From Octopus vulgaris (taxonomy: Eukaryota): a stretch of 64,000 nt of DNA. The position numbers were made by a program, and so were the translations under genes. The stretch lies in NCBI GenBank assembly GCA_951406725.2, contig OX597837.1, positions 10,230,001 to 10,294,000 on the forward strand. The letters run 5' to 3'. The notes below the pieces were generated by a model. The model worked only from the letters and a program-made list of their open reading frames with translations, ran no database searches and had not been told where the DNA came from. Shown piece after piece: positions 26,161-40,177 of the stretch; within the stretch, counting starts at the first letter, position 1, and the number at the start of each line of letters is the position of its first letter.

Positions 26161-26774
26161 GGAACGAGATAAAAGCAAGTGGAGTTGGTCAGGGCAATGG
26201 AAATGGACCCTCAATAAAAGCCGAGCAATTTATGCCTCGTGAGAGGAGCAAAAACTTATGTTTACCTGTTAATAAGGGGCGATTTATGGGGGCTCGAAGG
26301 CTACGAATGTAAGAGAAGAAAAGGGGAGAAATTTATTCAGCACATTTTTTTTTCTTTGTATTTTGTAGTTTGTTTTGCTTTGACATTTAGAGGGTGGTAA
26401 AGGAAGGTGGAGCACCGCGAGGTCACGACAACCCCCTGCGGGTAGCCTAGTCTGAATTTTTACAGAATGAACCCACGAAAGATATACCTGGAGCCCAGGA
26501 GGTCTTGTTACCACTACCGATCGCCACCGCCGCTACCACAGCCAGTTTTTGCTCTCCTCACCACAGAATGTATCGTATACCATACCACCTCTTTCTATCT
26601 CTCTCACCTTTTTCATGGTCGGCTGAACACAAAATTGAATGCATGTGTGTATGTAGGTATGTATGTTCTTTTTCACCAGATTTGTCGTCTTACCTTTCAG
26701 GTAAAATGAAAATTAAGGTCGCCAGTCTTTTCAACTCACCTACAAAAGCATTTTAGCTCACCTTTCAATAAACA

Positions 26775-27281
26775 CAGCCACCAACGCCGCCACCACCACC
26801 AACAACAACGTCATCACTCACCACTACAACTACTACTACCACCACCACCACCATTTCTTACCAAAGATCACGACTACCATCACCACCACCACCACTATTA
26901 CTACTACTACCACCACCACCACTACTACCACCAATTCTTACTAAACATCACGTGTACCACCACCACCACCACCAACAGAAACACAACCACTGCTACCATC
27001 AACTGTCACCACCACCACCACCAACAACAACAGCAACAACAACTCCGAACTACCTCCTCCACCACCATCACCACTACAACAACGACCACCACCACCACTG
27101 CCAGCAACCATCACCAACACCCACGCCACTACGACTTACTACCACCAATACCATCACAACCACCACCACCACCACATCTGCCACAGCATCATCACTACTA
27201 ACAATCAAACATACCACGACCTCAGCCATCACAATACCCCTCCCCCCGTACAACCACTGCCACAGAAACTACTACTACTAC

Positions 27282-27315
<34 letters not shown>

Positions 27316-27640
27316 CCTTTCTATTATAGGCACATGGCATGACAATTTTTGAGGGGAGGGGTAAGTCGATTGCGTTGCCCCGAGTACTCGACAGGTACTT
27401 GATTTATCGACCATAAAGGACGAAAGGTAAAGTCGACCTCGGCGGAATACTACTACTACTACTACTACTAATAATAATAATAATAATAATAATACGATGA
27501 CCACCACCACCTCTACCTCTACCACAACTACGACTACTACAATGACCACGACCACCACCACAGCAACTACCACTACCACTACTACTACAACGAGCACCTC
27601 CGACACCACCCCCACCATTATAACTACTACGGCGACGACG

Positions 27641-27672
<32 letters not shown>

Positions 27673-27680
27673 TACTGCAT
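26775..27680. repeat. Degenerate trinucleotide tract (CAC/TAC/AAT) with an embedded SINE A fragment
   Basis: Runs of accacc, actact and aataat; SINE A piece at 27316-27447. Confidence 0.9.
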
Positions 27681-27838
27681 TATACGAAGTAATACGAGAA
27701 AGACAGAGCCGTGTTTGTGTTTGTACATTGAATATGATAGCCACAAACTGTGTGTATTGACAAAACGAAATACCAAAGAGAAAAGAAGAGCAAGGAGGAG
27801 AACCAAATAAATAAATAAAATAAATAAATAAATACTAC

Positions 27839-27888
<50 letters not shown>

Positions 27889-28300
27889 GAAGAAAAAAAT
27901 AAGTGCTTAAAATATCAAAAAGTCGTGATGTATGCATTTGCTTGTACGGTCTGTTTCTTTTGGACAGAGTAATATTCCTGAGGAGGGAGGAGGGGGTAAG
28001 AGGAGAAGAAGGAGAGAGGGAGAGAGAGAAGTGAAAAAGAGAGAAAAGCCTTATGTGATTGTAATAGAAAGCTATATTCATAAGAATAATAGAAAGGAGG
28101 AGAGCCATTTTGTATACGCATGTATGTATATTGTACGCATATATAAGTATATGCATATGTATATATACATATACATACATACATATATATGACCTAATCT
28201 CGGTTTCTTATTTATGCTTCAATATGTGCTGTGTGTAGACATTTGTACGTGTACATGCATATACACACACTCACACATATACATATATTTACACATACAC

Positions 28301-28351
<51 letters not shown>

Positions 28352-30122
28352 GAAATTCGGTACCTCATTTCGTATATAAAATACCTGTACATCATCTCCA
28401 AACTTTCTAATATATATATATATATACACACACACTCAGTTGTACGTACTTGTATACATTCACATATACGGTACATACATATATACTCGCATATAATGCG
28501 CACACGAATACATATTCACACACACGTACGCAGACATATGGTAAACTATCAAAACAAGATACTGAGATCACGTCGTAGTTGGGTTAACACTTAAAACCTT
28601 TTATCTTTTTAGGTGTAAAACTGTAAAAAGAGAAAGTTTACCAAACAAAAAAAAAGGGAAATAAAAAGCAAAAGAGATGAAAAGAAAGAAGAGAAAACTA
28701 ATTTTTAAAAGAAAAAGAATAAACTTTCCCACCCACCCTCATCACCTATTTCAGCGATTCATACAAATTTTCTTTCAAGGGTCTCAGGCATAATATATTT
28801 GGAGCAGGGGTACCCAATTGTGGCCAGTAGGGTCTCTGAGGATCCGTATAAAATCTTGGGGGGTCCACGCAAGGAAAATAATTAATTGGGGATACGTTGT
28901 AGTATTTTAAGGATCCACGGAAACGATTCGGTTTCGATGTTTCCTGCAAGAAACGGCAACGTTTCTGTCTCTGATGTTTCACATCGTTCAAGCTGCTCAA
29001 TTTAACGGCAAGAAAAACGAAATAGGAATTATGAAAGAAAAACCATTAAAAATTGTAAGCAACAAACAGCAATGGGTGGGTCCACATGAATGAAACCCTA
29101 ACCAAAGGGATCTATAGCTCTGAAAAGGGTTGAGAAACACAGCTTTTGAGTTAACAGGCCAAGATGTAATTTATCGCCCTGTTTAACACCTACAAACTCG
29201 CTCTGAGCTCTCTTTTATGCTTTTAAAGACTCGTCCTCTTTGTCACAGCTATTCTGAGTCTATGTACGAATTCGATCTCTTCATCATAAGCTTCTGTATC
29301 CAGAAGTTGCAGATCCAAGTATTAAGATTATATATCGCGTTATATCTATCCTCCCCCATCACTCTTCTGAGACTTGAGGACCTTCCAAAAGGTCATGGCG
29401 CTGACCTTTCGCCCTTAGACTATTCACAATAAAATGCCAAGAGACGACAGAGTCTGATATATATTATAATGCAACCTCTCTGCATAAAACAGTCGAAAAA
29501 AATGGCCGCCGAGAAAACTTCAACGAAAGCGCCAAAAACCTACACACACACAAAACGTGATTATGTAAACTATGGCTGTGCGTTTGTTTGGGCGTAGGAT
29601 ATATGTATACAAACAAACATTTATTTATACACACATATATATACAACCCCCCCCACACTCACACACACACACACATACACATGTATATACACACACATAT
29701 GTATGCGTGCGTTCCGTCATATAATAAATTAATAAATAAAACATATGCATATATACATACATATATGTACGTAGCCACCTCTACATGTATATATACATGT
29801 AGAGGTAGGTACGTAGAGGTATATATGCATACACACACACACACATATATAATATCAACACACACACATGTACATAATGTACTTCGCTATCGTTTTCGAT
29901 TTGATGATCCGCCCAGTGAATTAGTGTACGAAGTGGCTGAGTACTCCACAGATATGTGTACCATTAGAGTAATTCTTAAGCGGAATCAAACGCAAAACAA
30001 TGTGACAAGGCTTGGTTCAACCCGCAGCTATATTAGACGAACGTGCCTAAAACGCCACGCACTAGAAACGAACCCGAGATCTGATGGTTGCAACTTAACT
30101 ATCTATCCAATCATTTCAGCGT

Positions 30123-30167
<45 letters not shown>

Positions 30168-30929
30168 ATCAATGGGCCCAGGGAAATAACCTTAGGATTC
30201 CGTCCTTTCCTGCGTGCAAAATACTCTATGGTATAGCGACTCGCATAACTCATACAATGGAACAATAAAAGTCGATTCATTGAGGTTAGATTATCCAGGT
30301 TATTAGTACAAAAAAACTCCCTCAACAAGTGTTTCAGATTAAATCACACCCCACCTCTCTCCCCCGTTTCTTTATAAATTTTAAACACGCTGACAGGGGT
30401 CTTTTTTCTCTGCTAATTGCATAGATAAATCCATTTTATTTCTCCCAGCAACTATACCAGATCCTACCACATGTGTATACATACACATAGATATGCATAT
30501 TGTGTACGTGTGTGTGTGTGTGTGTTTTAATTATTGCAAAGCTAACTCCTAAGTAATAAAGGAACATGTTAAAGAAACGAATGTAATCGCTGAAGTTGAA
30601 AAAAATTAGGTCAGACCTCTACCACATTCAATAGTCGATTAACTATGCATGTTATAAATGCTCACTACTCTATGTAACAACATAATGAGGAGACAGAGAA
30701 AGAGAGAGAGAGAGCGAAACAGAGCAGCCGTGTAGGTAGGTACGCTGATTCAATGAGTTTTAATCACAAGAAAGAACAAAGGTGGTAAATATACAAAGAA
30801 TTATAAAAAGAAAGAAAAAACTGTACAAGAATAAAATACAAGAGCTTTGGAATGTCATCATCATCATCATCATCATCATCACATCCAACATCATCAAATG
30901 AAAAACAACAATAGTAATAATAATATTCG

Positions 30930-31312
30930 ATCCTTTACTATGGGTACAAAGCCTCTAACTTGAAAGAAGGGATTAACTGATTACGTCGACCCCACTCTTC
31001 AACTGGTACTTATTTGGGCGACCCCGAAAGGATGAAAGGCAAAGTCGACCTCGGCGGAATTTGAACTCAGAACGTAAAGGTGATCGAAATACCTATTTCT
31101 TTACTACACACAAGGGTCTAAACACAGAGGGGACAAACAAACGGATTAAGTCAATTACATCGACCCCACTGCGTAACTGGTACTTATTTAATCGACCCCG
31201 AAAGGATGAAAGGCAAAGTCGACCTCGGCGGAATTTGAACTCAGAACGTAACGGCAGACGAAATACCGCTAAGCATTTCGCCCGGCGTGCTAACGGTTCT
31301 GCCAGCTCACCG
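30930..31312 (-). mobile_element. Two adjacent SINE A copies
   Basis: gaccccgaaaggatgaaaggcaaagtcgacctcggcggaatttgaactcagaacgta at ~31020 and ~31195. Confidence 0.9.
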
Positions 31313-32549
31313 AAGAACAAGGGCTCAAATTTTGGAGGAGCGGGGACAGTCGATTACATCGACCCCATTACTCGGATGGATTATAGTAGAAGAGAGTTTC
31401 CCAAAGTGATACGAAGTAGGACTGGCTCCGAAACCATAGGGCTGTGAAGTGAAATTCTTAACCACACACAGGACCTTCTTAGCAGTATTTTTTTAAGCCC
31501 CCCCCCCCCGGGATTATATTTAGACTTATATTTAGAACTGGGCCCGAAGACTCGCGAGTCAGTGCCCTAGGCAATTCAATACAGTGGGCCCTATAATATC
31601 TATTTATTCACAGCAAGCCACGGTATACGGAGATCAGGAGTGAGGCCCTGTGCACATCGGTTCACTGTTATATTTATTCATTGACAGCAAGGCAAAGTTT
31701 ACATAGATCCGAATTGAGGCCCTAAAACCGTGCCAAATCTGACCATGCCTAAAGACAGAACTAACCACGGAGTCAGACCAGTATCTTAACAAGTGCTTCT
31801 TTATTACCCACAAGGGGCTAAACATAGAGAGGACAAACAAGGACAGACAGGGGGATTAAGTCGATTACATCGACCCCAGTGCGAAACTGGTACTTAATTT
31901 ATCGATCCCGAAAGGATGAAAGGCAAAGTCGACCAGTATCTTAATAATACCTTTATTTGTTTTTGACTATTTCTAACATAGTCACAAGGTCAGATATTTA
32001 GTGCACAGGCGGGGAGCAGTCGATTACTTCGATACCAGGTGTTGAATGATAAAATACTTAATCTTTACGATGATACTTGAAGGATAAAAGAGAAGGAGTC
32101 CGGCGCAGTGGTTGAACTCCCGATCGCAAGATCGCTGTCATGAATCCAAGGCCGGGTGATGTATTTTGTATCCTTGAACAAAACACTTCATTTTACGCTG
32201 AACCAGTCCATTCCGCTGTAAATGCGCGACCCTACGACGGGCTGGCGTCCCACTCACATGAGCTACTCAATTCTCGGTTAAATTATACGGCATGGAAACC
32301 GGAGAACCGGCTCTAAAGTTAGAGTTAGACATGGTAGGATTTGATCTCGAAGCATAGAACAGCTACAAACTAAATGACATAGGCGTTTTTTTTTTTATTA
32401 CCTCGCATTTCAATCATTCCGCATTTTACGTCCCACCCTTAAATAATATATATCCCATTACAGCACACACTGACACATCACATCCCATCCCTAACACACG
32501 ACAAATACCAGGAATAGTAATACGAACACACAAACACACACACACACAT

Positions 32550-32717
32550 GTAGGCGCACGCGTGGCTGCGTGGCAAGAAGCTTGCTTCCCCAACCACATG
32601 GTTCCGAGTTCAGGCCCACAGCGTGGCACCTCGGGTCGGTGTCTTCTACTTTAACCCCGAGCAAACTAAAGCCTTTGAGTGGATTTGATAGACGGAAACT
32701 GAAAGAAGCCCGTCTTG

Positions 32718-32763
<46 letters not shown>

Positions 32764-32850
32764 GATTGTGTGTGCGCGCGCGAGCGCCATCCCATCAGCA
32801 CTTGACAACCGGTGTTGGTATGTTTCCGTCCGCATGACTTAGCAGCTCGG
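32550..32850 (+). mobile_element. SINE family B
   Basis: ggcgcacgcgtggctgcgtggcaagaagcttgcttcc...gaaactgaaagaagcccgtc, (TA)n, then cttgacaaccggtgttgg. Confidence 0.85.
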
Positions 32851-32970
<120 letters not shown>

Positions 32971-33054
32971 CAAGCAAATTTTAGTCATTTCTCCACACAC
33001 ACACACATATATATACATCCACACACATGCACTCATATCCACACATGAATATAC

Positions 33055-33087
<33 letters not shown>

Positions 33088-33341
33088 GCACTCACACGTA
33101 CACACCTTATTTATGACGTAGCCCTGTTAATCAAGATCCTCCTACTGCTTACTCATCGCCGAAAGTGACGGAGGATCCATAGAATTACACACACTACAAA
33201 CGTTCGTATATGTACGGTCATTTACGTAGCGGGGGGCGGGGCCGAGTGTGGAGGGGTTGCTTTATGCTTGAAGAAGAAGTATTTGCAAGTTAGAAGAAGG
33301 GAAAAAGAGGAAGAGAAGGAGATCGAAAATCAAAGACTTAC

Positions 33342-33415
33342 CGCAAAATGTTAGGCAATTGGAATCTTTCTTGTGTTATTTTTTTCTTTTGGTGTTTACT
33401 ACGTTTTGTTTTTTT
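33342..33415 (-). CDS. Candidate internal exon (KKTKRSKHQKKKITQERFQLPNILR)
   Basis: Minus strand: tttccgtttttttactgcag| 74 nt open in phase 0 |CG-gtaagt. The same ctgcag also makes a plus-strand acceptor, so the strand is ambiguous. Confidence 0.35.
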
Positions 33416-34393
33416 CTGCAGTAAAAAAACGGAAATAAATAAATTAATATACGTAAGTAAGCATAAGAAATATAAATTTTAAAAAAAATTTTTTTACAAG
33501 CAATTATTTTGTATATGCGATTACCTATACAAACTGCAAATTAAACAACTCAGACACGCGCGTGGGCATAGAAATACACACATGCCATACATTCACAAAC
33601 AGACAGACAGACAATAAATGGATGGATGGATGGATATATTTCTTTATTAGCCACACAGGGCTGCACACAGACGGGGCAGATTACAAAGTAGAGCTCTTCT
33701 TTTTAGGGAGAAAAAAGAAAGTGGGGTAGGTTTTCGATCAAAAGGGATCGTAAAAGGGAAAGGAGGAGAAGAAGAAGAGAAAAAAAAAGATAGATAGATA
33801 GGCATGCATCCAGACAGACGGCTAGCAAGCTAGATAGATGGATAAATGGCTAGATAAATATCGATCAATCTATCTATGTATCTATCTGTCTACCGATCTA
33901 TCTAGCTATCTATCAACATACATAGAAATTAAATTGTACTACATAACGTATTTATTTGTATTTAATATGGAAGGACATTCTCCAGAGTATCTTCCAGTTA
34001 ATATCCATATTCTACCTCAAGTTCTTCCCCAACAATATCAAAATGTAGGGTTAATCATGAATAATGCGGATTAAGCGTGCAAGGGAGATAACTGAAGTCG
34101 TTCAATGTAAGGTAGATAACTGCAGAATGAATTTTTGGTTCTGAACGCCCCAATAATCCAATGTAGACTTCCTTTTTTAAACGATTAACCATATTAATGC
34201 TTCACCAATATAAATTTTTTTTGTACACGGTTAGGCATTAGGAAGGACATCCAGCCGTAGAAACCATACCAAATCAGACTGGAGTCTGGTGCAGCTTGCA
34301 AGCCTTGGTCAAACCATCCGACCCATGCCAAAATGGACAACGGACGTTAAATAATGATGCTGATGATGGTTAATATCTCGAAATAGGCTTCCG

Positions 34394-34585
34394 GTCATTT
34401 ACAGAGCTAAGGTTAACAAAGACGGAAAGGAAGAAACTTACAAATTCAAATAATGTGGATCGACAGCCCAAGCTTAAATAATTGAACATCGCAGAACAAA
34501 GGATAAGAAGATGGTGGTATAGTGAGTCCGAAACGGCCAGCAGTTTGAGGAAAGAAGTTTTAGACAAGGATATATTGATACGTGG
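34394..34585 (+). pseudogene. Decayed GIY-YIG endonuclease-like relic (Penelope-like element)
   Basis: Translates VIYRAKVNKDGKEETYKFK*CGSTAQ, resembling the PLE endonuclease VxY...Y(I/V)GxT; stops and a probable frameshift follow. Confidence 0.4.
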
Positions 34586-35409
34586 CAATTCCCCAGCATG
34601 GTCAAATAGCGAAGCCGTATTCTTAAACCCGTTTCAGTCTTTTGACTGCGGCCATGCTGGAGCACCGCCTCTATTCGAACATATCGACCCCAGGAGAAAC
34701 ACACACACACATATACGACGAGCTTCTTTCAGTTCCCGTCCCCCAAATCCACTCATATGGAATTGGTCGGCCCGAGGCCATGGTAGGAGGCACTTGCCCA
34801 AGGTGCCACGCAGTGGGACTGAACACGGAACCATGTGGTTGGGAAGCAAGTTTCTTACACCCCGTGATTAACAATGAGGGACATCTTAGACAAGCGTTTT
34901 GGGTTCTACTTTGGCGTGGGATCTACAATTTAAGAGAGATTATTTTAAGGTTACATTTTTTTAACTTTTCAATTTCAAATTTTTTAAATAAATTCTTTTG
35001 TACATACTTCGCATTGTAAATGTATTTTTTAAAAATTCTTACTATTCTAATAATAATAAAACCATATTACATACGCATAGAGGACAATATGCTGAGTATA
35101 GTCATTAAAGCTATAAGGTGAAAAAATGTTAATTATATAAAGATTCTATAAAGATTTTTAATGGACGTAAGGACTATAAAAGTTCTATAATCCAAATTAC
35201 TCCAGTTCGGACCCAAAGCTTTCTTTTCAAAAATAGAGAGAAACATTTCACTGCTATTTCTAGCAGGTCGAATGACCACGGGCGAACCTCTTCCTGTCAA
35301 CCTTGTTATTTTGGTGGTAGGAGAAGGGGTAACAAATAACTAGAGCATTCCAGAGTTAGTAACCTTACATCTAGTTAACACACATTTACCTCCCTTTAAA
35401 ATGCAAACT

Positions 35410-35628
35410 GACTGGCAGAACCGTTAGCACGTCGGGCGAAATGCTTAGCGGTATTTCGTCTGTCGTTACGTTCTGAGTTCAAATTCCGCCGAGGTCGACT
35501 TTGCCTTTCATCATTTCGGGGTCGATAAGTTAAGTACCAGTAACACACTGGGGTCGATGTAATCGATTTAATCCCTTTGTCTTTGTTTGTCCCCTATATG
35601 TTTAGCCCCTTGTGGGTAACAAAGAAAT
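35410..35628 (+). mobile_element. SINE family A, near full length
   Basis: ctggcagaaccgttagcacg...gagttcaaattccgccgaggtcgac...tttagccccttgtgggtaacaaagaaat. Confidence 0.92.
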
Positions 35629-36027
35629 ATATTTTTCGAATGGCTTCTGAAGGCTGGACAAGAAGACAAGTATTTATGTCCAGGCCAGAGATTTCGCTCG
35701 AATGCCTGCAACAGCGTGTGGTCCCACTAAAGTCCCCATAAGCCGGATAGCAGCAGAGTTACGGCGATTTATCCACAACGCGAATGAACAACTGCCCTTT
35801 TTTTATCGTAAAGGACATTGCTTAATTAACAGAAAAGGAACAGAGTTCTGGCATCAGCTCCCATCTTTTACATACTACTGCCTCCAACTAACAGCAGACA
35901 CACTCACATCATCATCATTTGACGCTTGCTGTCCGTGCTGACATGGACGGACACACACACACACGTGTGGATAGATGGGTAGGTAGGTAGATAGATATAT
36001 AAACAGACAGACAGACAGACAGACAGT

Positions 36028-36093
<66 letters not shown>

Positions 36094-36310
36094 TAGGTAG
36101 ATAGATAGACGGAGAGAGACAGACAGACAGAGAGATAGACAGATAGATACATAGGTATATACTGTGAAATGTATTCCCACTGTTGTTTATATGTGCGCGT
36201 ATGACTTCACAGTGGATCGAAGAAGGAAATTAGTCGATAATGACTAATTAATCAGCTTTTATTATCTACGGCACAGTTGAGTCACTACCAATGACAGAAT
36301 AGACCAGCTG

Positions 36311-36376
<66 letters not shown>

Positions 36377-36622
36377 AAGTAATATATTTAAACATGCGAA
36401 GTTACACTCATCTCTTTCCACGTGAAACAAGTGCTAAACAGTGTGTGTGCGTGTGTGTGTGCGTGCGTGCACCATCCCATCAGCGCTTGACAACGGGTGT
36501 TGGTATGTTTCCGTCCGCATGACTCAGCGGCTCGGCAAAAGAGACCCACAGAATAATGAGTACGAGGCTTAAAATAATAAGTACTCAAGTCGATTCATTC
36601 GGTTAAAAATTCATGGCCGCAG

Positions 36623-36698
<76 letters not shown>

Positions 36699-36978
36699 TG
36701 TGCGTGTGTGCACGTGCGTGCGTGTGATTAGATGAAGAAATTTAATGCGAAATTACTGACCGTATATATTTTTCAAGTGCTGCTTTTTCCATTTCATTTT
36801 TTTCCCCTGGTAATGTTTTAGAAGAATATCAGCCAAGTAGCCACAGCCAGGCAGTCTGTAAAAGATTGAAAGAATAAACACTTTAAAAGTTGGCAAAATT
36901 AAATACATCGAAATGAAAGGCAACAGCAGAAGGAATTTTCAATTTTAACTATTATCACAGTCCATTCATATACAACAC

Positions 36979-37010
<32 letters not shown>

Positions 37011-37276
37011 TATATATTACATATATATATATATAATATAGTAAATAAAATATATGCATATATACATACATATATGTACATACTTACATCTAGATGTATA
37101 TATACATGCATATATGAGTACAGGACACCACAAATAAACGTAGAACACAACGAGAAACGAAAACATAAAAACAAACAAGGAAACGGACTTTTTTAAAAAC
37201 AACGAAAAAACAGAGTACAGGACAAACAATACAAGGAAAGAAATGTATGTGTATGTTTTTTGTTTGTTCCTTCTCG

Positions 37277-37540
37277 AGCTCATAAGGGCCGGTTTCCCGG
37301 TTTCTTTGGTGTATAGGTACTCCACCTGGACGGGACGCCGGTCCGTCGCAGGTGAGCTGCAAGATGCAGTAGGAAAGAGTGAAAGAAAGTTGTGGCGAAA
37401 GAGTCAGCAGAAGTTTCGCCATTACCTTCTGCCGGAGCCGCGTGGAGCTTAGGTGTTTCGCTCATAAACACACACATCGCCCGGTCTGAGATTCGAACCC
37501 GCGATCCCTCGACCGCGAGTCCGCTGTTCTAACCACTAGC
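37277..37540 (-). mobile_element. SINE family F (tRNA-derived, V-SINE-like cctgcgacggaccggcgtcccgtccagg segment)
   Basis: Minus strand has tagtggttag (A-box-like) and gggttcgaatc (B-box); CpG-rich, so probably young. Confidence 0.85.
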
Positions 37541-38377
37541 ATGTGTGTATATATGCGTATACAAGTTGCCATAGAGGCCTCTATCATACGCACCATTTAC
37601 CAACATGGTTCCTTGTATTATTTTTACAACGTTCCGGGATTTCCATTTCCCTAAAGTCTGCTCCCTACTTCCTCCGGCCTCTCCTTTCGCCGCCATCCCC
37701 GCCATGATAGCCCTATTCTCTCTTCACTCAAACAACAACAAACTGTTAAGGGAAATAACTGTTCTTGAAATAAAAAGTAATACACTGCGTGTGAAGAGTT
37801 ATCTCCCATAGGGCATACAATCAAACATTAAAGAGTTTACAAAAATATAACAAAATTATTAGATTTTCTCTTTAAATAATTCCTGCAGAGAAAAGACAAA
37901 TTGTGCTGTTTGTTTTGATACTTTACATCTCTTATCTTTTAACTCTTTCAGTCACTCGACTGCGGCCATGCTGGAGCACCGCCTTGAAGGATTTAGTGGA
38001 ACAAAAGGACACCACTGTTTTTTTAGAGTCTATCGGCAATTTTTTTGCTGAAGCAATGTTACAGGGACGTAAGTTAGCCAACATCGGTTATCAAGCAGTG
38101 GTGCTGGTAAAATACAGACACACACACACACAGAGTTTCCGTCTAGTGAATTCGCTCACATACGCTTAGCTATAATAGCAGAAGACACAGGCCGCAGGCG
38201 TCACAAAGCGGGACACGACACGAAAGCGCTGGATGCGAAGGGAAGTTCTTAACTACGCAATGTTTCGAAGTCCCACCAGACAATATGGTGAATATGCTAC
38301 ACCGAAGAATGGTGAGGGAGGTGCGCTACAAGTGCCATTCCAATTCATGGAGTTCATTCCTGCAAATGTCAATATCA

Positions 38378-38750
38378 TAGGCATAGGAGTGGCTGTATGG
38401 TAAGTAGCTTGCTTATGAACCACATGGTTCCGGGTTCAATCCCACTGCATGGCACCTTTGGCAAGTGTCTTCTACTATAGCCTCGGGGCGACCAAAGCCT
38501 TGTGAGTGGATTTGGTAGACGGAAACTGAGAGAAGCCCGTCGTATATATATGTTTATGTGTCTGGCTGTCCCCCGCAACATCGCTTGACAACCGATGCTG
38601 GTGTGTTTACGTCCCCCTAACATAGCGGTTCGACAAAACACACCGATAGAATAAGTATTAGGCTTACAAAGAATAAGTCCTGGGGTCGATTTGCTCGACT
38701 AAAGGTGGTGCTCCAGCATGGCCACAGTCACATGACTGAAACAAGTAAAA
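38378..38750 (+). mobile_element. SINE family B, full length
   Basis: Head ggagtggctgtatggtaagtagcttgc..ccgggttcaatccc through tail gactgaaacaagtaaaag. Other copies at 34630-34860(-), 37940-38250(-), 45780-46145(+), 51342-51715(-), 60020-60210(-). Confidence 0.92.
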
Positions 38751-39714
38751 GATTATCTGTCGCGATTAAACTACATAGGAAAATGGTCCGACGGTGCAGG
38801 ACAGCGAACATTCCGAACATTCATAGTTCTAGAAGAACCATATCGAAGAACCACCGGCACTTGTTCTGTTAGTAATCATCGACCTGGCTCTGATCCTGAT
38901 CACCAGATTCTGCCTTGAAACAAAGACAGATTATCTACTCCTAGAAACATTATGTCTGGTGTACAAAACCAGGGCTGAATACCTTTATATGGTCAGCCGG
39001 TTCACAGATGATCTAGAGTAGGGGGTCCTCAAATATCTATCTATGGAACCCTTTGAAATACTATTTTCTTCTAGTGGACCAGAACCACAGCGATGCGATA
39101 TTTAAAAACTGATTTTATAGAAACTTCTTTCAAAATCCCTATTTTGTTTTTACACAGATTGATTTGCGTAGGTTGAACTGTGTAAAACGTCAGAGAAAGA
39201 AACCCAGCTGTTTCTTGCAATACATACCAATAGACATCTAAAGCAAAGCATTTTTTCAGGAGCCCCTTAAAATACAATTATGGATCCTCGGTTTACTATT
39301 TTGTTGTGTGATATAGACCCTCCGATCTAGAGCCTCACAACAACAACAACAACAACAAATTGTCGAAGAATGAGTAAATTGACTGCTAAGCTTTCGAGAT
39401 TTCAAGTAACCTCCATTTCGAGTTATCTCCTATATTTATGTCATATTTAAGGTCCAGAGTAGCCAGGGCCCGGTTCTCTATAACCCCGCAGTTCAATATC
39501 CCTGTTAACGACTATTCTCCGTTCGCAGGGCCCCTCCACCGTTGTCATCAAACATGCATCGTCCACATTATCCCTGCTCTATGTACATTACAAGGCTTCT
39601 CACTGATTCAGTTCAAAAACGTTCAATACTTCTGCTCATAGCATCATGGTACACAGAACTTTCCCAAGTCACATTCACTCATATTCGCGGTTTACCGATT
39701 TCTGTGCCTTACAT

Positions 39715-40087
39715 ATACTCTTTTACTCGTTTCAGTCATTTGACCGCGGCCATGCTGGAGCACCGCCTTTAGTCGAGCAACTCGACCCCGGGACTTATTC
39801 TTTGTAAGCCCAATACTTATTCTATCGGTCTCTTTTTTGCCGAACAGCTAAGTAACAGGGACATAAACACGCCAGCATCGGTTGTCAAGCAATGCTAGGG
39901 GGACAAACACAGACATACAAACATATACACACACACACATACATTCTTTCAGTTTCCGTCACAAGGCATTGGTCGGTTGAGGCGATAGCAGAAGACACTT
40001 GGCCAAGATGCCACGCAGTGGGACTGAACCTGGAACCATGTGGTTGGTAAGCAAGCTACTTTACCACACAGCCACTCCTGCGCCTAT
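39715..40087 (-). mobile_element. SINE family B, near full length, inverted relative to 38378
   Basis: Reverse complement of the 38378 and 45212 copies. Confidence 0.92.
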
Positions 40088-40122
40088 ATATATATATATT
40101 TCTCTTTTCTCTTTTATCTTTC

Positions 40123-40172
<50 letters not shown>

Positions 40173-40177
<5 letters not shown>

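Noticed and set aside
26941-27760. Mucin-like poly-Thr/His ORFs
   Set aside because: Degenerate trinucleotide repeat interrupted by a SINE; no splice or domain support.
28805-29145. Old hAT-like element ends (also ~8270, 14470-14690, 25300, 53727)
   Set aside because: Too degenerate to define TIRs or TSDs by eye.
33422-33452. Plus-strand 31-nt exon using the same ctgcag
   Set aside because: A-rich with no convincing frame; kept only as a caveat on the minus-strand candidate.
37470-37540. tRNA gene
   Set aside because: A/B boxes are present but it is a SINE head continuing into the SINE body; no complete cloverleaf.
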